Shown here piece after piece: positions 54,401 through 63,860 of a stretch of 64,000 bases of DNA; position 1 is the first letter of the stretch; every line of letters begins with the position of its first letter. Source of the stretch: Octopus vulgaris. Its lineage: Eukaryota. The DNA is taken from the NCBI GenBank assembly GCA_951406725.2, contig OX597823.1, positions 38,006,001-38,070,000 on the forward strand, given 5' to 3'. Made by a program: the position numbers and the translations under genes. The notes below the pieces were generated by a model that was given only the letters and a program-made list of their open reading frames with translations, searched no databases and had not been told where the DNA came from.

Positions 54401-57400
54401 GCTCTATTCAAGTATCTTCAGAGATTTAATCCAATTTAAAAAATGTTTGTTCCATACAGAGAAAAGTAGCAAAAACAGAAAAGGAGCTCATTCTTTCCCC
54501 AGTAATACTGTATCTGATGGCATAAAAGATGTATGGCTAAATTAAATGCAGCCAAATTTCAACAGCACATATCCAGAAAAAAAGTTTTTAATGCCTTAAA
54601 GCAAGTAATATAAACCAGACTTTGTATTTAGGACCCAGAGTGAGTTTTTTGAAGAAAAAAACGTATCTTATATGCCATCAAATACAGATTCAATAAACTC
54701 TCAGTGTTTATGACTGTTCTCAACCACGTCAGTTTCATTGAAATATATGTTCAACATATACTTTTGAGTGAGAAGCTCGCCCAATTTGGAGAAAGAGATT
54801 GATTGATATTTCAACACGAGATGACAATCTCATTTACACAAAAATAGGAATCAGTGAATTGTAAAAAACAAATTAATACAACAAACCCAGTCAAAATATT
54901 TGGTTGTAACATAGTTTCTTCTTCTTCGTTTGCATCCTCATTAAACAATTCATCCAACAGACCATGCAGCTCTTTCTCTGCAAGGAAAAACAACAGAACT
55001 TGTCAAACAGTCAAAAGAAAAAAAAACTTTGGTATAATGATACCAGCCAAAAAAGAACAACTTGTATTACTGACTTTTCTAATCTTTCATATCATCACCT
55101 TCCTTTAACTCTTTAGTATTCAGATTTTACAATCAAATGTAATGCTTATTTATTCACACTATTTAAAATTAATCATGCATTATCTCATAGCTGTGAAATT
55201 TCTGTGATGTGATTCTTTACTTTGGGAATATTATGGGATAGGTGTAAGAAGCTGGACCTGGCTTGTTTTGAACATAAAGGAAGTAAAATATTAAGGCTGG
55301 ATACGGTCAGTTTAAATGATAAAGGGTTAGTGTCTCTTTTTCCATACTGACAATGTGTTGGACAGTTCAGCATGAAGTGATGAGCTAGAGAGCTGTGCCA
55401 AGCTCCAATAACTGCTTTAGCACGATTCCTACAGCTGGATGCCTTTAACACCAACCACTTTACTGAGTGTACTGAGTACTTTTTTCATGATGCCAAATAA
55501 TCACAAGACAAAATAAAACCCATGAGGAGAGTATAGTACTAAGAAATATGAAAGTATGATAGAGGGACAGGAGCAGGTGTCTTGTTGAAGAGGTGAATGA
55601 TTTGTGTGTGTGTGTGTGTGTGTGTGTGCATGCACGTGAGTGTTATATACATTTTATATATAATTGTTTTAGTCGTTATTGTTTAATCCAAACAAAAGTA
55701 ATAGAATCCAAAACATTTACTACTCCACTTCTTCCCCATCTCTGAGATGGATTGATAGCTTGACATTCAGATTGAATTTCTGCAGATTCAGTGAGATAAC
55801 ATATAGATAGGGAAAGAAATGAAGGTTACATTTTAACCATTAAATAATTTACTCATGATCACTAAGTTATTATTACTTTGAATCACAAAATCTGTCATAC
55901 AAAAAAAAATGTTAAAAAATGTTCCAATTAGTTGGTACCCAAGCAACACCAGATAACTCTAGGAGACGACAACATCGACCGTACAATCTGACATTTTGTA
56001 ATGAACTGTATCACCATTCCATGTCATTCCCTGTTTTTCAGGGAGTAGTGCTGATTCACTGAGTTAAATATCTTTGAGTTAAGTAACTTTATTCAGTACT
56101 AGGAACAGGATGAAAAATATTGACTCCTCCAGTAGTCTAACGGTTTTGCTTCCTGAGAAAGACTATGAGTAGACCCTATCTCCTCAGAAAAACTGTTAAT
56201 AAAGATTAAGGTGTAAAATCGTCCTCACTGTCACTATCGCCATTTTCAGTTTCTTCAGAATCACTGCTTTCAGTTTCAGATACAGAAATATCTGATTCAA
56301 TCTCATACACCATGTGCTTTTGTACTTCACTCATTCTTTTTCTCAAATTCTTCATATGTTCCATTGAAAAACCCTCAAATTCGGAATCACTGCTTGATAG
56401 CATGAAACTCTTATTCATTTTCAAAGTTGAAAAAAATCGACGCAGAAAAAATGTGGAAAAAAATCTCCCAAATTTCACTGAATTCAGATATCATGTCAGA
56501 CAATGTCAGATACTATAGCTCAACTATTTACAAAGTGAAATCACGTGTTTTCACGAATGTACTAATGAAATTTGTGTTCAAATTCACATTTAAATAACAA
56601 TGGGTACACTTGGCCGGTGACGGCCAGGTTGGTCATTTGAACCAAAAAAATTTTCAGCTGCCTGCAGCCAGGTTAGTATCAAAAGGGTTAAGATAACTTA
56701 CTTGACACACGCACCAACCGATCATTTCTAAAGTCTTCATCATCTGGCAGTTCATTCTCAGCTTCAGCTAAGTAATTATATTCTGGGTCATTGGCATCAT
56801 CATCAAGGGCTTCACTAGGGTCTTCTACATCTGTAATGATGAACAAAAGTGAGAAAAAATGGCAGAGAGAGAGACAGAGAGAGCGAGATTATAAAAGGAA
56901 AAGATATGAACGAAGACAGAGAAAAATAGAAAGGTAGAATAAGGGTAAAAAAAAATGTGATTAAAGTGGGAAAGGAACCACTGTAAAAAGAAAGGGAAAG
57001 AAAGATGACGATATGAAGAAAGAAAGAATGAAAAAGAAAGAGAATGTAATGAAGAGTAAAGGAAAGAGAAAGAAACAGAGATTAATTGACTGACCTTGAC
57101 TTTTGGTGAGTGATTTTAAAAAGTCTTTCCAATCTTTGTCATTGCACTCTGTGTCATACATGTCTTCAGTAATGTCAGGAGCAACAAAATGAGCCTCTAA
57201 CTCAGTCAGAGATGTGTCATGCAAAGGTAGTTTTGAACGAGTTCGACGGGCAATAGTCTCTTCAGACATGTCGTCCTGTGAAAAACAAGATTGTAAGTGA
57301 TTAGAGTACAACAGGAGAGCACGAATTGCTGCCAACGAAGAAGTACATTCAATGATTTCATTGTCTTGAATAAGACATAAGCCCCAAGTTAAATGATGTG

Positions 57401-59989
57401 CATATATGATGGATGTCTTTGTTGGTTTCAATAACGGAATGTTAAAATGCTTGATCAAAGGGTCTACCTACTGTGTAAGTGGCTGTATATTCACATACAG
57501 AGAGAGAGCGAGAGAGAGAAGGATGCATCTCTGAAATGCATGTACAGTTCAATTGATGAGCTTCTGTTTCCATCTACACAGTTTCACACACAAGGCTCAA
57601 GTTAACCTTAAGCTACAACAGAAGACACTGGCTGGAGTCATGGTCAGTTAAATCAACTCCTGTTTACTATATTCATAAATTAAAGGTGCATTAAGCAGCA
57701 CTGAACGAAATATAGTAATGTATAGTCTTATTTACAGTCTTCTCTTGAGACAATTTGTGTAGCATATTGCTTTTCCCTGTCCAAACATAAACCAATGTGT
57801 TAAATATGACTGTAGATAACTATATTATATTCATAAGGTTATGAAAACTTTCAATCTGAGCAAACAATATCATCAATACTTATCTAACAATAACAATGGA
57901 GTTAATAGAGACAAAAGAGAGAGGAACTGGATAAATGTTTTTGTAGTTCAGTAGTACCTAATCTTTGTGAGTTCAAATCCTGCTGGGAATGATTGTACTA
58001 TTCAAAAATGTTATACCAATGAAAAATCACATAAAAAAACTCAGGTATTGTCTCTTAGGTAAAAGTATTCGTCCAGAATCATTACTAACCTTCTTATCTT
58101 CATCATCTGTCTCAGTCAAAGATTGTTTGCAATTTTCGGTCAATGTTGTCATGGATGATTTCATGAGATGCAAGTTAGGAGAACATGTTAACGAGGAATT
58201 TAAACTTTCGGTGTCATCATCACTTTCAATCTACAGAAAAAAAAAAGAAAAAAACTAATTCAAAAGAGGTACAAGTTTTCACAAACAATAGGAAGGTAGT
58301 TAGAGTAGTCAGCTATTTTATAATACTCTATGATATCTAGAAGAGGAGGTGAGGTTAGTGATGACAATATTCCTGTCAGCAAGGAATAACAACAGTTTGT
58401 TAACCAATACAGATCATGAGACCATTTTGATTTTCAGTTGCAAGTAGTGCATTTACACCATCAATACTCCTAGAGGAAAAGAATAAACATTGCAACTACC
58501 CAAATATGATACAGGTACACAATCTTTTATCCGGAAATCTAAAGTCCAAGAAGCTCCACAAAACAACTTTTCTGTGGAGGCTGGAGTGTGTCATAAGAGG
58601 GGTCATGCACAAACAGCTTTCTTCTGAACAAATTAACAATGCTGATGAAACAACTTTGTATTGACACTACATTCCAAGAAAAAAACCTTAACAACAACAG
58701 ATGAGACAGCATCAGCAGGTTTTAAGGATGCTAAGGAAAGGTTAATTATTCTTGGATGTGTTAATGCAGCAGGCACACACAAGGTGAAGTTGGAGGTCAT
58801 TGGAAAAAGCCAACATCCAAGATGTCTGAAAGGCCTAGTTAATTTACCTGTGCATTATTACGCAAACAAGAAAACAGGGGTAACCTGAGAAATATTTTCT
58901 GACTAGTTCAATAACCACTTTGTACTAGGGGCAAGAGCTCATTGCAAGTAAGCTGGACTGGAAGAAAACTGTAAAATTCTATTGTTCCTGGACATCTTCT
59001 CTGCCTCCCAATGAGACATCTATTTTATAGCCTTGTGATCATGGAATTTTATACTCCATGAAGAGCAACTGTAAAAATCCTTTTATGAACTGTATGCTTG
59101 ATGCAGTCAACAAAGGAATAAGAATGCAAGACTACCTGAAAGAGTTCATTGTCAAGGATGCCATCAACACTGTTGCGAATGCTTGGAATGATGTTGATAA
59201 ATCAACAGTAAGAAATGCTTGGCACAGGACTTGGCCAATAACAATGTTTGATGAAACCGACCTTATAGATAATGAGTTCAGAGGATTTCATGTCACCAAT
59301 GAGATGAAGATGATAACAAAACTCGTAACTTATTTTCATCATGCGAAATTGTAAGCAAGCTAGAAGAAGCAGACATTGAAGAAATGCTAAACAATGACAA
59401 TGATGCACCTGTTATGCATTCCTTGAGTGATGGGGAAATTAGTGAAATGGTGTTAAATATGGATAAGAATGAAGACAGTAATGATGATACAGAGAACACA
59501 GGGGAAAAAATTCCTATAGATGATACAGTGAAAATTTGTTATCTTAATAGCTGGCCTTCAACAACATACATTTACCAGTGAACAACACATTATGGGAGTT
59601 GCTTCAGTTGATTTTGGCATGGTGTCTATGGCTGAATGCCTTTCGTAATGCCAACCACTTTACATACAGTATACATTGGGTGCTTTTTTGTGCTACCAGC
59701 ACTAGTGAGGTCCCCATGAAGCTTGCAAGACCACATATCCCAAGCAAAGCTAGAAGATGAGAGGTTAAATTCCTCATATATATAAACTTCACAATTGCCA
59801 ATTCCTTAAATATATAAACCAAGCAGCAAGAATATTTCTAACAAACAATAAAGTACTCACCTCTGCCGTGGTATCTTTTTCTGGGTTGTAGTCATCATCT
59901 TCTTCATCTTCATTGAAAGGGATATCCAAGATGCTTACTTTACTTTCTGATATTTTGTTGGAGGGCAATGGCCATGGAGTCATCATTCC
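8647..59989 (-). CDS. GON4L: GON-4-like protein (GON4L/YARP/Mute orthologue), 24 coding exons in window, 5'-incomplete, ~1521 aa
   Basis: Manually spliced exons all have GT-AG borders with matching phases (4566 nt including stop). Motifs recalled from vertebrate GON4L: TIARRTRSKLPL..APDITEDMYD, DPEYNYL..EDFRNDR..KKEL..LLDELF, HTQLLCQ, F..AQDNLLALG, two PAH domains, CPCQCH, terminal SANT (WTKWMDKMIL..KTPKQIKDRYSELL). Confidence 0.93.
8893..9363. mobile_element. hAT (Charlie-like) non-autonomous element
   Basis: TIR caggggtggg/cccacccctg; 8-bp TSD ctctagca/ctttagca. Confidence 0.8.
10003..10105 (-). CDS. GON4L: GON4L exon, Myb/SANT core (WMDKMILDSV..FEKLS..GRTPKQ)
   Basis: cttcag acceptor, gtgagt donor, phase 2/0. 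Confidence 0.92.
11499..11929 (-). CDS. GON4L: GON4L exon (TVVSEVGP..SNRWT)
   Basis: tttcag acceptor, gtgagt donor, phase 0/2; ends at the first SANT Trp. Confidence 0.88.
12457..12770 (-). mobile_element. tRNA-derived SINE inserted in (TA)n
   Basis: Pol III A box TGGCCCAGTGG and B box GGTTTCGATTCCC on minus strand; (CA)n tail; CpG retained (young). Confidence 0.85.
13412..13711 (-). CDS. GON4L: GON4L exon (MSSSTNG..NQNQPK)
   Basis: ttgcag acceptor, gtcaga donor, 300 nt, phase 0/0. Confidence 0.82.
14934..15315 (+). mobile_element. SINE (same family as 34161-34557)
   Basis: ggctgtgtggtaagtagcttgc..gcaccttgggcaagt..tgactgaaacaag. Confidence 0.8.
15382..15630 (-). CDS. GON4L: GON4L exon (VKDGKLYF..HNSPNK)
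   Basis: tttcag acceptor, gtaagc donor, 249 nt, phase 0/0. Confidence 0.85.
16473..16880 (-). repeat. RTE 3' UTR/tail copy with internal repeat units
   Basis: (CAT)n tail on + strand; repeated gtgctttttacatgcc units. Confidence 0.7.
17564..17792 (-). CDS. GON4L: GON4L exon (EDFEEV..GYEDVELPD..CPCQCH..HCSLC)
   Basis: Conserved acidic and Cys/His motif; ttatag acceptor, gtaagt donor, phase 2/0. Confidence 0.9.
17905..18420 (-). mobile_element. Internally deleted mariner (DD34D-type) remnant
   Basis: Minus strand gives LEVDLDLFLKVITGDES (first catalytic D) joined almost directly to C-terminal-like FADVEEVKK. Confidence 0.6.
20584..20765 (-). CDS. GON4L: GON4L exon, PAH2 (IIFEKHPSQY..FKGQDELLAEFSGLF)
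   Basis: PAH motif; ctgcag acceptor, gtttgt donor, phase 0/2. Confidence 0.92.
21845..21997 (-). CDS. GON4L: GON4L exon, PAH1 C-half and PAH2 start (LMKDYPELVHDFAAFL..ARNFLRKIE)
   Basis: PAH motif; tgcag acceptor, gtaatt donor, phase 0/0. Confidence 0.93.
24242..24379 (-). CDS. GON4L: GON4L exon, PAH1 N-half (FALAYLNKVKETL..YEQFLRILFEF)
   Basis: PAH motif; tttcag acceptor, gtaagc donor, phase 0/0. Confidence 0.93.
24472..24690 (-). mobile_element. SINE with TSD
   Basis: 5' ggcggcaagctagcagaatcgttagcac; TSD atacatattac at 24461-24471 and 24691-24701. Confidence 0.8.
25619..25721 (-). CDS. GON4L: GON4L exon (CHQKRSK..PNLIEKDPR)
   Basis: Resembles vertebrate ILERDP pre-PAH motif; cttcag acceptor, gtgagt donor, phase 2/0. 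Confidence 0.88.
26621..27076 (-). mobile_element. Truncated Tc1 copy (one TIR plus DDE C-terminus)
   Basis: TA + caggggttggacaaaataatggaaacacc; DGNAPIH..WPPQSPHLNIIE; near-identical to 35086-35770. Confidence 0.85.
27110..29420 (-). mobile_element. RTE-clade LINE, 5'-truncated, degenerate RT with PHD-like insert
   Basis: QFGFVPGKSTTDA, LAFIDMEKAFDRVP, VHQGSAL.PLLF, LLYADDL, MLYGSETW. Confidence 0.92.
29421..33055 (+). mobile_element. Degenerate Gypsy (K02A2.6-like) LTR retrotransposon: gag knuckles, PR, RT, RH, IN, PPT, partial 3' LTR
   Basis: [73 protein letters not shown]; polypurine tract aggagagaaaggga followed by TG at 32828. Confidence 0.9.
31007..31237 (-). mobile_element. SINE inserted in the Gypsy RNase H
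   Basis: 12-bp TSD tgtactctgtta (30995-31006, 31238-31249); removal restores PIAFAPCTLLPAEKNYSQ. Confidence 0.9.
33060..33386 (+). mobile_element. RTE LINE 3' end
   Basis: Reverse complement of the RTE ORF end and 3' UTR at 27130-27420; (GAT)n tail. Confidence 0.8.
34161..34557 (+). mobile_element. Full-length young SINE (tRNA-like head)
   Basis: ggcgcaggagtgg..ggttcagtccc (B-box-like), tail aaagag repeats then (TA)n. Confidence 0.85.
34607..34750 (+). repeat. RTE tail copy
   Basis: Same tail motif, (GAT)n end. Confidence 0.8.
34750..35068. repeat. Long inverted repeat (141-bp arms, 37-nt loop)
   Basis: 34750-34890 is the reverse complement of 34928-35068, with about 5 mismatches by eye. 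Confidence 0.9.
35086..36582 (-). mobile_element. Full-length Tc1 (DD34E) transposon, pseudogenised
   Basis: 31-bp TIRs (1 mismatch), TA at both sides; VIFSDES, QDDNAPIH, PQSPDLNIIE; ATG at 36392; frameshifts. Confidence 0.93.
35421..35641. mobile_element. TTAA piggyBac-type MITE (family A) inside the Tc1 transposase
   Basis: TTAA at 35417-35420 and 35642-35645; TIR cccttttgttac/gtaacgaaaggg; absent from the Tc1 copy at ~26950. Confidence 0.9.
37261..37745 (-). mobile_element. RTE 3' UTR copy with four ~63-bp internal units
   Basis: (CAT)n at 37261; units start at 37425, 37488, 37550 and 37616. Confidence 0.85.
38131..38248 (+). ncRNA. Type I hammerhead ribozyme-like motif (degenerate)
   Basis: TCT-CTGACGA-agcccagag...ctcttggct-GAAA-C-agct-A-TT-AGA; stem III G appears mutated to A. 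Confidence 0.5.
39038..39878 (-). CDS. GON4L: GON4L large exon (ESPDHVA..HIADLMAASSTIG)
   Basis: 841-nt open frame within ORF 39034..39966; cttcag acceptor, gtaaga donor, phase 1/2. Confidence 0.9.
41135..41307 (-). CDS. GON4L: GON4L exon (QEISQNV..PNPDKS)
   Basis: ttttag acceptor, gtgatc donor, phase 2/1; needed to bridge the phases of its neighbours. Confidence 0.78.
41462..41681. mobile_element. TTAA piggyBac-type MITE (family B)
   Basis: TTAA on both sides; ctctttagcatt/aatgctaaaggg TIR. Confidence 0.8.
43576..43766 (-). CDS. GON4L: GON4L exon (LIIDPPSEK..VPTDA)
   Basis: ctacag acceptor, gtgagt donor, phase 0/2. Confidence 0.82.
44512..44631 (-). CDS. GON4L: GON4L exon (VVAQTMKLP..APSWYK)
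   Basis: tacag acceptor, gtaagt donor, 120 nt, phase 0/0. Confidence 0.85.
44960..45400 (-). mobile_element. Helitron Rep/helicase N-terminal fragment
   Basis: FQMTSFG..GFMLTFKVPGQTYHRINSL resembles the helitron_like_N motif (FQMTSFG..TFKVQGQVYHRIGSL). Confidence 0.75.
45432..45588 (-). CDS. GON4L: GON4L exon (LLALGFEQF..KQIRARLKN..DNPIK)
   Basis: Conserved Myb-like central motif; tgtag acceptor, gtaagt donor, phase 2/0. Confidence 0.92.
47031..47169 (-). CDS. GON4L: GON4L exon (LSEDLKKLF..PLLPICS..FSPAQD)
   Basis: ttgcag acceptor, gtaagt donor, phase 1/2. Confidence 0.9.
47930..48083 (-). CDS. GON4L: GON4L exon (QELKMFG..SVFLASNLEGSL); donor ambiguous (47930 or 47951)
   Basis: ttttcag acceptor; two in-phase GT donors 21 nt apart, both phase 1. 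Confidence 0.8.
48701..48932 (+). mobile_element. SINE (same family as 31007-31237)
   Basis: ggcggtaagctggcagaatcgttagcacgccgg...caataaagaaata. Confidence 0.85.
49697..49783 (-). CDS. GON4L: GON4L exon (HTQLLCQLALL..)
   Basis: Resembles vertebrate HVQLLTQ motif; tttcag acceptor, gtaagt donor, phase 0/0. Confidence 0.9.
52593..52683 (-). CDS. GON4L: GON4L exon (TDICKFG..IAEHMKQ)
   Basis: tttcag acceptor, gtacat donor, phase 2/0. Confidence 0.85.
53158..53490. mobile_element. hAT-type MITE (degenerate)
   Basis: Ends caatgttctcaac / gttcaagaaccactg resemble the cagtggttctcaac TIR. Confidence 0.55.
54887..54977 (-). CDS. GON4L: GON4L exon (KKELHGLLDELF..)
   Basis: ttgcag acceptor, gtttgt donor, phase 1/2. 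Confidence 0.88.
55109..55326. mobile_element. TTAA piggyBac-type MITE (family B)
   Basis: Similar along its length to 41462-41681. Confidence 0.75.
55837..56687 (-). mobile_element. piggyBac remnant with acidic transposase N-terminus (lower boundary uncertain)
   Basis: TTAA at 56688-56691 then cccttttgatactaacc; ORF with SDSEFEGF..ESDISVSETESSDSE resembles PGBD N-termini. Confidence 0.65.
56702..56830 (-). CDS. GON4L: GON4L exon (DPEYNYL..EDFRNDRLVRVS)
   Basis: Conserved motif; tacag acceptor, gtaagt donor, phase 1/1. Confidence 0.92.
57095..57275 (-). CDS. GON4L: GON4L exon (TIARRTRSKLPL..APDITEDMYD)
   Basis: Signature GON4L motif; cacag acceptor, gtcagt donor, phase 0/1. Confidence 0.93.
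58090..58230 (-). CDS. GON4L: GON4L exon (IESDDDTES..DEDKK)
   Basis: ttttctgtag acceptor, gttagt donor, 141 nt, phase 0/0, open acidic/Ser-rich frame. Confidence 0.8.
58512..59580 (+). mobile_element. pogo/Tigger (Jerky-like DDE_1) transposon remnant
   Basis: TA+caggta start; QINNADETTLY, GFKDAKERLIILGCVNAAGTHK.KLEVIGKS..PRC, DAI..VANAWNDV; stops and frameshifts. Confidence 0.85.
59861..59989 (-). CDS. GON4L: GON4L exon (GMMTPW..EDDDYNPEKDTTAE)
   Basis: tttttcag acceptor, gtgagt donor, 129 nt, phase 0/0. Confidence 0.85.
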
Positions 59990-61018
59990 CTGAAAAATAA
60001 ATATTTGACAAAATATTAATATTCCAGAGGTTATAAAGGAAAATACAAAATAGAGAAAACAAAAAAACAGTATAATTTAATGTCCAAGTAAAATATATAA
60101 AACATAAAAGCTTAACATTATTTTATTTTCATTTGTAATTAAGGAGAATTTTTTTCCTCAATTCATTAGGAAATTCATTTAACTGTCTTTCAAGACAGTT
60201 TAGAAATATCTTTAACAAAGCAAGGTAATTGTCAGCACATTAAAACATAAAAAGGTGCAGGATGTCCCAGAGAAATAGGGTAATTTGAGACATACATGTT
60301 CAATAGACTTATGGAAAACTTGTGAATGAACTGTAGAACTTTGAAGTAATGACCAGCACATAAATTGTTTTGAAGGTATAGCCATGTGGATAAAAATTTT
60401 GCTTTACAACTACAAGGTTCTAGGTCCAATTCCACAGTGTAGCATCCTGAGGTAAATATCTTTTGCAATAGTTTCAGGTTAACCAATCCCTTCTACATGA
60501 AATTAGGTCAATAAAAATTATGCTGCAGCCTTAAGAAAAAAGTATAGTGTGTGTGCATATATATACATATATATAAATCAAAGGTAACATAAATGATAAC
60601 GTAACAAAATACACTGTTCCTTGAAAGAAGTGGAAAGTAATTGAGAAATCCACACCTTATATTAATGGATTGAATAAATCTAGCTTTGTTTAGCTGAAAG
60701 AGCACAGATCCTCTTCAGATCTAACTCTCTACTGAAGTCTTGGTCAAAAATTTTCAGTGGTTGCAAGTATATGTATAAATATATTTTGAAGAATTGGAAA
60801 ATTCCACCTGTTCCTGACTAACTTGTTGATATCTTTCCAGCCTTATAATTTAAGGTCTAAGGAGGATAGCTCTCTTACCTTTTTACTTTTTACATTTAAG
60901 GTTTTGTTTTAATTTTCCATGTTTTTACTTTCTGCATTTTCTATATGCTGCCTTCTCAGTTTTTTTTCCACATTTCTTCTATTATTCAATTTGTTTTGTT
61001 TGTTATGATATGTGGTTT

Positions 61019-61072
61019 GTGCCTGAAGATTATGTTTGAGTATTTCTCAACATATGAAACTATTAGTATCAC
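61019..61072 (+). ncRNA. Minimal type I hammerhead ribozyme-like motif (degenerate)
   Basis: gtgc-CTGAAGA-t-tatgtttgag(tattt)ctcaacata-t-GAAA-ct(att)ag-TA-tcac. Confidence 0.45.
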
Positions 61073-61269
61073 TTAAAGACATACACTGTGTCCTTTAAAT
61101 AAATAATATAATAGAAATGTGGTAGATGAGAAATGTGTGAATGGATAATGGTATGCTTGTACTTAAGAACTCAGAGAAGAAGGATGCATGGAGATGCCAT
61201 TATGAAAGGTGATTAAATGTGGAAAATGACTGGGAGAAGGAGTCTTAGCTGGGCCAGACATGCATGACT

Positions 61270-62900
61270 GCAATCTCACTTTAGTTGCCGGGTCTTCTCA
61301 ATCACAGCATACCTCCAAATGCCTTGGTCTCCTGTCATTGCCTCTGTGAGGCCCCATGTTCGAAGGTCATGCTTCACCACCTTGCCCCATGTCTTCCTGG
61401 ATCTACTTCTACATTTTCCCTCCACAGTTGGGAAGTGGTACTTTGTCACATGGCTATCCTCATCCATACATAATACATGACCATACCAGCATAGTCCATA
61501 CATGACCATACCCTTCCACACCACATTTGATGCTTCTTATGCCCAACTTTTTTTTCGGGGCGCTTACACTGTTGTGTATACACACTGACATTACACATCC
61601 AATGGATCATACTAGCTTCATTTCTTTCTAACCTACGCATGTCCTCAGTAGTCATGGCACGTCTCACTGCCATGTAGCATGGCAGTTCGCACACATGCAT
61701 CATACAGTCTACCTTTCGTCCTGAGCGAGAGGCCCTTAGTTGCCAGCACAGTTAGGAGCTCCCTGAACTTTGCCCAGGCTATTTTTATTCTAGCTGCTAC
61801 ACTCTCAGAGCAGCCACCTCCACTATAGACTTGGTTGCCTAGGTAGCAGAAACTGTTAACTACTTCTAGTTTCTCCCCCGTGGCATGTGATGGAATCTCT
61901 TGTCTGTAAATTTTCAATGTTTATTGCTCTTGTGAATCTGCCGCATGCAAAAACTATTTTCTCGGTTAACCTTCCTATGATATTGCTGCACCTTTTATGG
62001 GTCTATAGCTTACACCGGGTACATCATATGGAGTTTCTACTCACACCATTTTTACAGATCAAGCAGGGCCATCTACCTGAAGGGGATTGTGGTTTGACAG
62101 CTTTCCTACTTATTAAGACTTTGGTTTCTGCTAGGCTGACCCTAAGGCCCTTTGATTCTACACCTTGCTTCCACACCAGAAACTTCGTCTCTAGTTCTGG
62201 CAGTGACTCGGCTATTAAGGCAAGGTCGTCAGCATAGAGGAGTTCCCAGGAGCAGCATGTCTTGAATTCCTCTGTTATTGCCTGGAGGACTATGATAAAT
62301 AGGAGGGGGCTGAGGACTGATCCCTGGTGAACCCCTACTTCTACTCAGAATTCTTCACTATACTTGTTTCCAACTCTCATCTTACTGACAGCATCCTTGT
62401 ACAGCTCTTACCAAGCACTCAACCATCCCCAGTTTCCGCATCGACCACCAGATAAGGGATCGGGGGACCCTGTCAAAGGCTTTCTCCAAGTCAACAAAAG
62501 CCAAGTACAAAGGTTTATCTTTGGCTAGATATTTCTCCTGCAGTTGCCTTACTAGAAATATAGAATCAGTGGTGCTTCTGCCTGGCACAAAGCCAAACTG
62601 CATCTCATCTAGGCAAACTCTCTCCTAATTAGTTGGGCTATGACCCTCTCTGTAACTCTCATCACCTGATCCAATAATTTGATACCCTTATACTTATTTC
62701 TATCTAAGGCATCACCTTTACCCTTGTAGCAGTTGACTATGGTGCTGCTAGACCAGTCATTGAGTATGAATCCTTCTTGAACTACTTGATTTACGATGCA
62801 GGTGACATAACCCACACTGCCCGATATTTTAAGCATCTCAGCAGTGATTCCTGATGGGCCAGGTGCTTTCCCTTCCTTCATATCCTTGCTTTCCCTGTCT
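61270..62900 (-). mobile_element. RTE LINE copy, 5'-truncated
   Basis: KAPGPSG, QFGFVPGRSTTD, LAFVDLEKAFDRVP, YADD, FCYLG. Confidence 0.9.
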
Positions 62901-62929
62901 TCGTGAATCTGCTCAGTCAGATGGCTGCA

Positions 62930-63860
62930 CCAGTCTCCAATCTGATCAAGCAGTTTCTACAGCTGGATGCCCTTCCTAATGCCGACCACTCCGAGAGTGT
63001 AGTGGGTGCTTTTACGTGCCACCGGCAGGAAGGCTAGTCAGGCAGTGCTGTCATCGGACACATCAGCGAATTTGATTTCAATGTCACTTGCCTCAACAAG
63101 TCTTCGCAAGCAGAGTTTAGTGTCCAATGAAAAAAAGGTATGCATAAATGGGCTGGTTACACCACTGGCATAGGCCACAGGTTATGGTCTCACGTGGCTT
63201 GCCAGGTCTTCTTAAGCACAGCATATTTCCAAAGGTCTCAGTCACTAGTCATTGCCTCGGTGAGGCCTAATGTTCGAAGATCGTGCTTCACCACTTCATC
63301 CCAGGTCTTCCTGGGTCTACCTCTTCTACAGATTCCCTCAACTGCTATCCTCATCCATTCTCACCATATGACCATACCAGTTCAGTCATCTCTCTTGCAC
63401 ACCACATCTGATGCTTCTTAGGTCCAACTTTTCTCTCAAGGCACTTACACTCTGTCAAGTATGCACACTGACATTACATATTCAGCGGAGCATACTGGCT
63501 TCATTCCTTGCAAGTTTACGCATGTCCTCAACAGTCATGGCCCATGTTTTACTGCCATATACCATGGCTGTACATACACATGCGTCATACAGTCTACCTT
63601 TTACTCTGAGTGAGATGCCCTTTGTCACCATCAGAGGTAGGTGCTCTCTGAACTTTGCCCAGGCTATTCTTATTCTGGCAGCTACACTTTCAGAGCATCC
63701 ATCCCTGCAACTGATTTGGTCACCTCGGTAACGGAAGCTGTCAACTACTTGCAGTTTTTCTTCCTGGAATGCGGCAGAAGTAGTTCTCAGCACATTTTCA
63801 GTGTTCTTGCTCCTGAGCATCTGCCACATACAAAAACTATCTTCCCAGTTAGCGTTCCTT
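62930..63860 (-). mobile_element. RTE LINE 3' part, tandem to the previous copy
   Basis: VVDSFRY.GD..RIRIAWAKFRE..YGSKTW plus 3' UTR. Confidence 0.88.

Noticed and set aside
56206-56478. Acidic ORF as a GON4L exon
   Set aside because: The flanking exons join directly to give the conserved RVSKKEL motif, and the ORF lies within a TTAA-bounded piggyBac remnant.
58661-59581. Domesticated Jerky/TIGD host gene
   Set aside because: Multiple stops, frameshifts and deletions; no HTH domain; TE-like terminus.
60879-61022. Additional upstream GON4L exon (ag..gtaaga bounded)
   Set aside because: The frame required by the downstream phase-0 exon contains an in-frame TAA, and there is no GON4L similarity.
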